Positions 1-12,300 of a stretch of DNA of 64,000 nucleotides are shown here, one piece after another (the first letter of the stretch is position 1; each line of letters opens with the position of its first letter). The notes under the pieces are model-generated. The model made no database searches and was not told where the DNA came from. It saw only the letters and a list, made by a program, of their open reading frames with translations. This stretch comes from Botryllus schlosseri (taxonomy: Eukaryota). The translations under genes were made by a program, and so were the position numbers. Where the stretch lies: positions 15,624,001 to 15,688,000 of the forward strand of contig CM119379.1 in assembly GCA_051294905.1 (NCBI GenBank), in the 5' to 3' direction.

Positions 1-699
1 TGACCATCGACTTTACTTTTATTTTTATACATGACAGATGAGACTGTTCTCTAGTAAAGCGTAATATATAGTATATATATGGTGCCTCAGAATAGCCTTA
101 GTCATGCTTGCAACAGCAAATGGTCTACCCGTGATTTACAGTGATCGGTGCAAAATTTACATGTTCTCTGCAAGTCACTATGACAAAGCATAACATAAGA
201 GCAAAACAGCAAATACCAAGAGTTCAAGATGTTTCGCTTCATCATCATCATTGGTTTATGAAGTCACGTGACTTTGTTATTGCCAAGCGGTCACGGTCAG
301 TGCTCAAACTGGTCATTGTGGTCAAGTATCATTTTTTTAAACATGTTTTCATCAAATCACGTACAATCACCACAAGACTGCGATATGATGAAAAGATTGA
401 AGGGTACCGAAACGACTTGGGGTAGTCTTTTAATCAGACACCCACCTTGGCCCATAGCATGTAAATAAGAGGCATGCACATGCACATGCACAGTGCACAC
501 TTGCACAATGCACACTGCACAGTGCACACTGGAATTAAGAATCCTAATATTACGATTGCACGACTCACGGGCGTCCTCGAAGAACGACTACCATATGATC
601 AGGACAAAATACAAGAAAATACATCGCTCTATCAAGTATACCGGACAGCAGTTATTGCCCTGAATATTTCAATGATTTCTTTACCTCGGAATCAAAAGT

Positions 700-1370
700 A
701 CCCAAGTACAACACACGCTCGTCCATGTCGTCCAAATATCATATGATCGACCGGAAAGATCACCGCTCTATCAGATATACCAGACCTGACGTGTGGAACA
801 GTATCCCGCAGACCATCCGACAGTCGACGCCAGCCTGACTGTTTAGAGTCAAGTGTACCTGTTTGATGCTGGTGTGATCAGACTAGATGACCTTCACGGT
901 CTTATCGATCATTCCTATCTAATACCGAATACTGTGCATGCATATTTTCTGTACCACCATCACTCCCGTTTGTTATGTATTTTGATCGGATGAAAATAAA
1001 GACTCTCTCTCTCTCTCTCTCTCTCGACGAGCATGTCCAGTGTCCACATTCAAGTCGAAATACAAGCAATTTCTACGAAATAAATACTAGTCCTCCTTCA
1101 AGATTACCTGACCACGACATGACCTATCGATCTCGCCTCCCGTGACATGCCATCCCATTTTTTGTCGTTTGCTTTTTATTATACTATCTTCTTTTACTTA
1201 TCATTCGGTGTACGTGCCTCCTCTTCACATCTCCTAGGCCAAGTTGGGTGTCTGATTCCAAAGACTACCCTAAGTCGTTTCTACTTTCGACACCTTCCTA
1301 ACTTTTCACTGTGACACATTTTTGTGGGGTATTGAACTGATAAAAATTGTTAATAAACCGAACTGAACTG
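700..1370 (+). mobile_element. CR1/L2-group LINE 3' end, interrupted by a second retroposon
   Basis: Nucleotide similarity to 24820-25250. The insert at 830-1023 ends in AATAAA(CT)n and is flanked by a TCGACG duplication (824-829, 1024-1029). Confidence 0.8.
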
Positions 1371-2465
1371 GAACAGCATCCCGCTGACTATCCGACAGTC
1401 GTCGAGCATGTTTGCATTAAAATCGTAATACAACCAATTCCTAGATTACCGTACCACAATCTGACATATCGACCTTTTCTACCGATACATGCAGCATTCA
1501 TTTTCGTCGCTTGCTTTTATGTTATCTTTTCTTGATTGTGACATAATTCTACAACTTGAAAAACATTTTTTTTAAAACGGCCTTTGTTTTAAATGCAACC
1601 CTACTTCTGACTGTTTACGACTATACCACATGTCACAAAGTGATCAACAATCGACACTTCAGTACAGAAAAAAAATCAATATTCGTTAACGAGTCATAGA
1701 ATAACAATATCAGAAACATCATAGCCAGTAATAAGCTCCGTTTCGTACACACAAAGAAATTGCATTAGCAGACATCATTTGAAACTTGAACGATTATTTC
1801 CTTTCATCAGGATCACAGGATTATCCCTCAATTCTTCAGGTCGTGAAACTTAATTTGTCCCATCATATTTGATGAAATTCACACTCATGCACCTATTTCA
1901 ATATTTAAATGAGCCAGCTTGTTGGCTACAACACTACGTCACGAATTTATTTTAGAATTTAGCATTTGAGATCATGATTTTTGAGAGTAGACCTAACACA
2001 TGTAAAAATATTATATTTTGCTTTTCGTGAAATGAAAATACAGGAACAGAAAAATGTTCTACCCTACACGTCAATGTACGCAGGTCAACTGTAGTCCACG
2101 ACTTGTTTGGCCTATATAAACGAGGGTGCAGAACAAAAACTTCGGGTGAAAGCACAGTTGGTCATGACACAGTTGGTGATGCGTGATGGAGCGATAATTG
2201 TTAAATGAAAAGAGATCGTAATGACGTATTGACGTGATTAGTGGTTTTTAACGGTGGCGGTCGTTTATTGGTGACCTGACCATGAGCTGAAGCTCAAATT
2301 GAACACCCTAATTTCACTGTTTAGACATCGTCGGCATTCTCGTGAATGGCGATCTTGTTACAGTCGAATTGTGACGCGGTGGTATATTGATGGTGGCATT
2401 ATTCCGCCCCATTTTACAGACGCAATCAGTCGAGACGAGCAGGTAGCGGGATATAGAGTGCACAA

Positions 2466-3083
2466 TAGGGCTGTTCAAAAATAACTTTTTTTTCCTGATT
2501 CCAGCCATTCACTGATTAAATTGTCAGGTTACCACAACAAAGGCTGCACACCAAATTTGGTTCAATTCGAACATGTCTAAGCGTCCGCAGAGCCAATTAA
2601 AATTTTTAATTTAATACGTAAAATTAAAAAAAAAAAAATTCAAATTTTTCTCTCAACCCCATGAAAATGTTGAGATGTCTTCAAAGACCATGCAAATGAA
2701 ATTTGAGTCAATTCCAACCAGTAGAAACGGAGTTATTTGAGTTTTTCGTTGATAATTCTCGGATTATCCACCAATCAAGGATAATTGGAGAATTATCAAC
2801 GAAAAACTCCAATAACTCCACTTCTACTAGACCGAATTGAGTCAAATTTTATTTGCATCGTCTCTGAAGACAGCTCAACAATTTCATGGGGTTGACAGAA
2901 AAATTTGAAAAATTTTTTTTTTCAATTTTCCTGTATAAATTAAAAATTTTAATTGGATCCGCGGAGCCCTATACTTGTTAGAATTGAACCAAATTTGGTG
3001 TGCAGCGTTTTTTAAGGTAACCTGACGATTTAATCATTGAATGGCTAGAATCCGGAAGAAAAAGTTATTTTTGAACAGCCCTA
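2466..3083. mobile_element. Fully palindromic (foldback) hAT-type MITE, 618 bp
   Basis: Arms of about 300 bp (TAGGGCTGTTCAAAAATAACTTTT...AAAAGTTATTTTTGAACAGCCCTA), centre near 2770, perfect 8-bp TSD GTGCACAA (2458-2465, 3084-3091). Confidence 0.9.
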
Positions 3084-3346
3084 GTGCACAAGTTTGGGAA
3101 GTGTTGAATTATACCTAGGCCTATAACTATAAATTATGGTGTAACTTAAGTCACGTATGTATAGCTAACGATCAATTATACGGCAGTGGTAAAGTCATTA
3201 ATTGATGTCAGGTACTTAGACCCGTACGCATCCTAGATCGAATCATCGAAAACTGTGTATATGAAAGGTACAGAAAAATCGCGACAGCCACGATATAAAT
3301 AAGATGTCAAAATGAATATTTCTGCAGCGCGAGCAATTCGATGACG

Positions 3347-6300
3347 TTAAAATTCGGTCCTATACTTGGGGTTCGCTTCTAGAAATTTCCCAAGCCGTTT
3401 GGGATAATCCGTCATCACACCAGTCACCCCCAATTCGAAGGCTTCTCTGAAATGTTCCTCTTCGTTGACCACCCAGAGGTATACCTGAATTGATACCATA
3501 TCAAAAGTCGGCTGACATATGGCTGGGTACACGCAATAGCGCACTCTAAACGAGACCTATGAAGCAAGTCAAATTTTTTTAGTGATGTAATAGTTAGTAT
3601 AGTATTACTATTATATCAAAATACAAGTAGCATTTTCAATCACGAAATTTTAATTGCACAATGGCTGTGAGTTGATTCAATCACTTGATTTAAAAGTATT
3701 CGCAGTGTTCTGCATTTCTTTGCTTTGATGTAGCGAGTAGTATAAACACAACATAACTTGTACGGCGTTTGTATATCACCAAAATCAGCAGGTCTGAATC
3801 TTTGATACGCTACAATATTTGAAATTCAGCGATATGAACTGAGACTTACGTTGATCCCTCGGTCTGTAAGGTGCTTGATCAAGCTTTTACGGAGCAGCAA
3901 TAAGTCCATGAAGAAAAGAAAAATCCTAACTTTCAACGACTTGAGATAGGAAGACGGCAACCTGCATTGAATATATTCATTATGTCCGGGTCACAAATAG
4001 GGGCGCATAGGTTTGCATTTAAAACAAATGGTTGTTTAAAACACTTTGTTTGAAACATGCTTTAAACACTGTTTTAAACAAATGCCTTTAAAAAAAATTG
4101 TGTTTGTTTCAATTTATATAATTATGCCATAATTGTGTAAATACTTTCCGAAAACATGTTGTATGAGCCTGAGCCTATATGGACGACGATTACCACCCGA
4201 TATAGCCGATGGTTGTAACTCTTGGAATAGTCGTTTCAACAACTACAGTACGTCTATATAGATCGTTGGTACGGAATAAATGTTCTGATGATGATGACCG
4301 CCGACCGTAAAAAATGCTGCAAGACGATGTAGTCCTGGTTAAAAATATTTTTGGTCCGAATATGACAGGGGTTGGAAGCCTATTTCGTCAAAGGAACTAT
4401 ATTTACCCTATATTTTCAATTGTGAATATCGATTCACTATGACGTCACAATTTAATACGCGTGACGTCATGGCTTAGAAAAAAACAATAAAAAAAAACAT
4501 GTTTTAAACAAGGGCCTTGTTTTACACATGTTTGTTTTAAATTTATTTTTGTTTTAAACACAACCCTAGGCACGCAACTGAAACTGATAATCCAAAAATT
4601 GATCACATTGATCAATGCGAGGATAGCTCTTCCAGATGATGTAAAGGGAGTAGCAATTGACTTAAGAAATGCACCACCAAGGCTAATAATAGGCCCAGCA
4701 AAACAATGCAGAATTTACCGCATCTTCTCACCCCTTTCTTACGGCTTTCGCCATTGGTATTGCGAAAGATGATTCTCTAATAGGCAGTAATGGCAGCAGC
4801 CCGAACCAGAATGTGCAAATGACGAATATGACTCGCCTAGTGGAGAACGCAAGAGGCACCAATGGATTCTGTAAAAAGAACCATGTACTTTATAAACTAT
4901 AAAAGCATATTTTCTCAAAATTGGGACCCGTGTAGGCCTACTAAGCAGAGCGGTGAAAACTAAAAAGACATTTTATAATTGTACGGATTTTAAATCATTA
5001 TTACGTTTATTGTTTGTGACATAAATATAATGGTCAACTAATTTTGCGCTCCCTGTACTTTGCCCCTGCCTAAATGATATTCAACTCTCATCACGAAAAA
5101 TACACGGGATTTGTGACTGGAAATGCTACGAAACATTACTATTCAAAAACGCTTGACAAAATAACGATAGTCCATTTGAGACGTTGTGCATTCCGCAACT
5201 ATCCCGATGAGATCAGTACATGTAACATTTTAAAAACTAAGATTCAGGGACAGCCAGGAGCAAGTATTTATTCAATAATAAAATGACGTCGCGTGTCTAT
5301 CGTGAAGCGGAAACACGATGGTCTGCAAAATATTAGGGGGCCAAGATTGTTTCTTACTCATACGTACAACATATGCACAATTACAATACGACACACGCTC
5401 GTCCTTGTCCATATTGTCCAATTACCATTATGTTCAGCAGGAACTACAAGAGAACGCATCGCTTAAGTAGAAGTACTGTGACGTGAAACAGTGGTCGACA
5501 ACCATGTCCAGTTGTCCACATTCAAGTCAAAATAATATCAGATTCTACAGAATGAAAATTTGGCAGCGAATGCATATTTCGGCGATATGAAATTACGATG
5601 CTATGAAATTGCAAAGGCGAATCATTTCGTTCATACACTCACCGATTCGTGCAGTGCAGCGGTTGTTTCGTCGGAGAAAGTGCCCCAAGGGGTGATGCTT
5701 TCGCGGTTGTACTTTTTTATCAGTGCATTAGTCTGAAAACGTAAATACGGATAAGAAAATTAATTATAAAAGAATACGTCAAATAATAAGACATGATATC
5801 ATCGGCACGCAAAAATGCTAGCACCTCCATTATAAGGGTCCGGTGGTACGCGGTAAAAGATGAGAAGGGGGTAATGATCCACAGTATATAGCGATTATGC
5901 ACCACTACCATAGATCCATGCGTTGAGCGGATTCACGCAATAGTATCGCTAAGCTTGACATCGATGACGTAGTTGTTACAAATTGTAACTAAATTTCGGT
6001 TGGCCGCCTTTGACATACATAAGCAGATTGCCAGATGGCAACCAGCGTCGAAGATTCTGATCGATCTCTCCACGTAAAGAAACCATTGCCTTATCAATTA
6101 AAATGAGTGCCTCGCGGGAATTACTCGTAGCCGCCGCACTTCGCTGATATCGCAGCAAGAAACCGCTAAAGAGTAGTTCGAATATTGACGCTGGGGCAAT
6201 ATTGGGAGAAATAATTGATTTCGGTCGATATACCTTTCACTTACAGAGGATAGGGTACAGCCTTACAAGGAAATGTGAGGCTTACAATCCGTTATTAAAT

Positions 6301-9300
6301 ATTTATGAAATGATTAATATCGCGTCGGAGCCGGTTTGTTGCGGTATAGACGTCCCCATAAATGTCAGGCACATGTAAATTGAACACGGTGCTGCCGTGG
6401 CTGAAAAGGCGATAAATTTGTTCAAATTTGCGTGAAAATGCTGAGATTCTAAGAATTCGATGTATTCATATTCCTTAAGTAATGAATAACTGAATAGAGG
6501 TATATAATTTCAAAAAAGCTGTCAAAAAGACGTTCACAATAACGTGCCTCTTATCAAGAGTTTCCTGCGCGATAACGTAAATAAACAAAGTTGATTTCAA
6601 AACCAAATGGCGAATTATGACGCAACGATGTTGGGTTGATGAATAACATCAATAGAAACGTGAGCGCGTGAGACATGAATGAATGAAATCGTTATCAATC
6701 AATCAATCAATAAATAAATGGGACAGTCTCGAAAAAATATATTCTCGAATTCAGATCCAATTGCACGTGAAACTTTTTACATTCGCAATGCTACAACTTG
6801 ACATCACAATTACCCATCACATGCCTTCTCAATCAGGTATCTGTTGAATGTTTTCACATCGATATGCATCGGCACTCCTTGAAACTCTTCAAACACCTCC
6901 TCCAGCGTGCAAATCCGAAGAGGAGACCCACTTCTGGAGCAGGTAACCCCTTCCACGACCGGTATCGAGTTCAAAAGAGGCGGAAGATCCTGTAGAACGG
7001 CAACACGACATTTCTGGACTGTCATGAAATCGGTTACTTTCGGGGAATATCAATGGGAATGACACAGCGATTAATTTGAAAGTAATTTAAATCATGTCTT
7101 TTATAGCCATTCTCAAGTCACATACAATAGGGTCCGTCGCATTTTGGCCGCTGAGTTCGAGTTTAACAAAGCACGGCATAGGAAAGTGCAGAGGTGGTCA
7201 ATAACGAAGTAGCCTACTTCTACCACATCTGGAAAGCCAGGCATGAACCGCACAGACGCGGGCGCGCGAACAAAATCAAACGATAACAATTTCCTATTTA
7301 GGATACTGTACTTATCGCTGTTGAAAAATGACGTAATAATGGTAACAATATGAGTTGCTAGGGTTCAGCTGTAAATAACCGAAATATCCCAGAGCAGCAA
7401 GCCGCGAATTATACGAATACTGTACTCGAATTTGTTCGAAGTGCGCGTATTGCCATTACGCCTACTCTTATAATAATTCACCCACATTAGAGAAAGCCAA
7501 GACTTTCTAATCTTGCAGAGATATTGGTAACCGCGTATGATATATATGCGTTGCACTTTCGACCGCGTTCAACCGGAATAAATACCCGAGATAGTCTTCA
7601 TTGATTTATGGCGATACCTGGCTGCACTCCCCATTCTCATAAAAAGGAATGTGCGATGTTGCGGGATTCTTGGAAATGGCAGTGGCAGTATATGATGCGG
7701 AGGTTGTGAAAATACAATGGGACTCGAATTAAAAACGAATGAATTCCATCAATAAGTATTTTGTTATTGCCTAATTAGTATACTTATCCGTATATGCTAC
7801 TTAATTTTGTTGTTATGTTCATGAGTTTCTTGATACAATAGTACAAAATATGGACACCAAAATCCGGCAAAGGCAAATGACGCAAATGCGTCAGTACGAC
7901 AAATTTATATTTTAGAAAATTGTAATGACAAGCGACAGACTACGAAGTACAAAGTGTCAGTGAATCTATTGTCCTGCATCACTACGACGAATAACATATA
8001 GTTTCAGAGGAACTAAGTGTATAACTATACATTTCAACCGCATTAGCAGATACAAACGTATGGGATACTATAACGGTAATGTCGTTTACCTAAACCCCCA
8101 CGTGCCGATAATAAAGTCATAGAATTACCTTATAAAAAGAGTTTTTAATGCATACACTCTCGCCCGTGGTGCGGGTAAGATCATCATCATGCGACACGAC
8201 TACCACATCATCTGCAGTTAGGTGGACGTCGAGTTCTAGCATTTGAGTTCCGCATTTCACTGCGCTGAAAAATAGAGGTGTGTGTCACCGTTGCTGTTGG
8301 TGTTGCGATAGTAATCAGTTCCCTCACACCCCAACATCACAATATTGCGATTTTGCAATATGATTCGATATGCGATAGGCGCCTGTCAGGAGCGAACTAC
8401 TTATATTCAAACTGGATGCTCGCAGTAGGGGTGCGTCTCATGTTACAACAAAGGCGTTACGATCTCGCAGCGCTAAAAGAATACTTCTCAGGTTAAAGGG
8501 TGATGGACACTAGTTTACATTGAAGGCGAAGGCTCTGTTTGTTTATTATAATTTGGAGCGCCTCATTACGCCTCAATACGCTTCATTAAGGGATCGCCAG
8601 ACAGGACGCCGATTGCCGAAAACCTAGCCTATAGCCGGAAACCTAGCCAATAGCCGAAAACCTATGCGATACAGACAGGTCGCGTACGAAGAAGCGTTCT
8701 CTCGTTTTTCGCGAGCCTGGCCGAAAGCGTACGGGCGCCTATCGAGTTAAAATGTTTTTAACTTTATCGGCTATCGGCGCTCACGGCTGGTCGTTCACCG
8801 TGTGCTTCAGTCGCATTTGGCTTGCTGGGCTATGTTTTGTTGAGTGTTGTGAATCGCAGGGAGAAGAGATGCGGTGGCAGTGGCGTTGTTGTTTGAAGTA
8901 ACAGTACTAATTTACTTCAATTGTAGTAGAGTACAGTGCCAATATTGTTTACTGCACTGTATACTTGATGAGAACAATATGAGATGGTCGGCAATCATGG
9001 CACCAGATATGTTGGTATTTTGAATCATTGATATACATGCAGATAGATAGATATAGATATAGATAGATAGATCGGTAGATATAATATGTTGGGGCTCAGT
9101 TCTTCTGATGGAAGGGGCCCTGTTGTTTTTACTCATATTTTCTTGTATGCAGTGACAGGCCTATTTATGCTGTGCATTTGATATGAATTTTAATGAGGAA
9201 CTGATCGAGAGCGTCCGGGACTACCCGGTGCTCTATGACTCTACACATACGAAATTTTTGGATACAATACGAAAAGATAATATTTGGATAAAGATCAGCG

Positions 9301-12300
9301 AAAAACTCGCTAAATACGATACAACAGGTAAGCATGACGAGTTTATGGTTATGAGTGTATGGTATGGTATAGCCCCAGTGGTTCTCAACCGGGGGTCTGC
9401 ATAGCAATTTTAGGGGGTCTGCGAGACGTGAGACCTCTAAATTTTTAAAATGATTGATATACGAATTTCAAATTTTTTAAATTAGGGAAATCACGAGGCA
9501 GTTTTGCTCCGCAACTACTAAATCCTCATTACTCACATCAGAATAATCGCCGGGCATGAAATATCCTACTGTGTAAATTCATTTTAATTGCCAAATTGCC
9601 AATAACCTACTGATACAATCATTTTGCTGTTTAGAGACATTTTGTTGAAGTTTGTGGAAAAATATAAATACTGGTAAGGAGATAGTTTACCGTTTGCGAA
9701 AACTTTTCAATTTAAAGATGTCAGTCGACCATAAAAATTCCTCAAGTATTTTCCCTAATTTGTCGCAATGTCTTACTTTTCAGAGGTAAGTGCATTTTTG
9801 CACCGCAAATATTGCACTCCACCCCAGCTCCAGTAATGTTGTTTTCTGCCCAACCTCAAATCTGTTTGCTTTGTTAATATGGTAGGACTGTAGAATGACA
9901 TTGTGGGAACAACATAGTTGAAGGAATCTGTCCATCAGAAAATTGTTCTGAAAATATTGCACGTCTCATCTTGGCCTCCTCACCCCTACCATTTGTGTAA
10001 ACAATGCATAACGGAGGATGCAGTGGTATCACCCCGGGAAGTCTAGACTGATCCTATTGTCTATGCAATGTCCTATTTGTCGACCTACACCCACTGCTCT
10101 TGATATGCATGTGCACTAGGGGTGTCAAAAAAACAACCTTTTTTTATTCAAATTTCATCGGTTTAGTTGTCAAATTGTGAGTTTACCTAAAAAAAGTACG
10201 TTGCACACTCAATTCCAACCAGAGAAACTGAGGTCAGTCGAATTGACAATTCGGCCATTTTTGAAGTGATTTCCAGTGAACTCGGCACTTGGTGAATTCG
10301 GTCGCACAAACTCGGCACTTGGTGAATTCGGCCGTGGTAGATCTCGTAGCGGTACCGGTCACAAGGATTGGTTACTGGACTGTTTGCTGGTGAACTTGGC
10401 ACTTTGAGTGGTTGTCAATGTTGTACGGGGGTCAGGGCATGGGTAGATCACACAGTCACGGCGTGATTAGATCACAGATTGCGTAACGTCGGGAAATAAC
10501 GCGACGCTCTTCACTTGGTGAACTCGGCCCTTGGAGGAATTGGCACTAGAACACCTACGCTTTAGAAATGCATTTAATATGAATGAACAGTATCAAAAAG
10601 GAAATTTAAACGTGTCGTGGCTGGCGGTAGATCTCGTAATCTTGGGACCCTTCAACCCTTTTGTCGAGACGCCCTAACCCCAGAGTGGAATCGTCTCTCC
10701 AAAGGCAAAAAATAATTTATTTTGACGTGATCATGCAAAACATTTGTTGATGAGGAACACTGGCTTGTCGTGATCACTAAACGAAGAAGCGCCGCTTGAT
10801 CTTCCACAGCTCCGATCACACATACAACGACAAGATCCATCTTCTCAAAACTTACACGACACAGGCCCGTCACTCGCGTCATCGATTCCAAGCAGACCGC
10901 GTGTGGTCGGTATATGCGGCTATACAATCCGTGATCTAATCACGCCGTGACTGCGTGATCTACGGATGCCCTGACCTCCTTACAAGATTGACGAATCACT
11001 TGATAATGCTGTTATTAGTTTAATAATTCATATTATTAGCTGTTAATACACTTCATTACAAAATTTCCCGAGGGCCGAATTCACCAAGTGCCGAGTTTGT
11101 GCGGCCGAATTCACCAAGTGCCGAGTTCATCGGCTCTGAAAACTGTCGAAGGTGTCTGTCTATATCAGGGGTGGGCAACCCGCGGCCTGCGGGCCCGCAA
11201 GCTAATTTCCCATTATATTATCGAAATTGAATTGCTCAGATTGTGAACTTGCAAGGCCAACCAAAAATATGATTAGTCTGGCTGCGACACTTGGGATGTT
11301 GATGACTAGAATATCAGTTCCGGCGCATTAGCGAATTCAGGATCCAGTCACATTTTTAGTAAATGTAGAGCCCCGGCTCCAGCTCCGGTAAAAATGCATG
11401 GCTCCGGCTCCAGAGCCCTGCTTATAGTACAAGTAAAGTTATTGAAAGTGGTGATATTCTTATATTTTTCATATGCAGGCCGCCATATCCGACTTCATGA
11501 GCCAAAACGTTAAATCAATGAATGACTTTACTGCTCATCTTGCAAACCGTCCAAGAAACGAATATGCCCACTTTGGCAGCATGGTTGCAAAGATGCTGGA
11601 GAAATTGCCACCAGTCAAAGCTATTTCTACAATGAGCTGTATTATGCAATTCATGGGTGAGCAGATGTCTTCACTCGAGACACAAGTTATTGATACACAG
11701 GATACAGAATGATGTATGTTGTGTGACGACTGGATATGTGCAACTGGAACTATAACTACTCGCTTTTGAAAATCGGAAACTAGAACGATTCAATTTTCAA
11801 AATCTGCAATTAGAACTAGGACTTACTCAGTTTTCGAAATCCGTAACTTAGTCACCACGTCAATTAACTAAATTGGTAGATTGCACAAGTCTGGCTGTAT
11901 GTTTTTGACATTGTTGTTTACCTCTGTGTTGATACATGCTAAATTCTCTTCACTGCATTTTTTGCTTTTGACATTTTTCATGTCTTTCGCTGTGGTTCTA
12001 CCTTTCTTATGCGGTAACTTGCCCCTAGTTCTCGTTCTTGATCTGTGATATTCTGTACTTAGTTGTATGTGTTTCGTTATACCCTGCTGTCAAACTATTA
12101 CACTGCTTAACACTATGTTCACACAAGCAATTTTCATATTTTCTTTAATAAAAACTGTTCCAGTGATGTGAATGAAAGAATATTTATGTTTTGGAACAGT
12201 GGTTAACAATTAAATGTACATCGGATAGTGTCATTTCGTCTAGCAATATATTCAAAAGCAGATTTGGGGTCCCAGAATATCCAAAGCAGATTTGTGGTCC

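Noticed and set aside
10278-10333. Short repeats with spacers, also the GACTCGAGTC arrays at 40-41 kb and 49 kb, resembling CRISPR-like arrays
   Set aside because: These are irregular subterminal repeats of eukaryotic MITEs bounded by TIRs, with no constant-length unique spacers and no cas genes.
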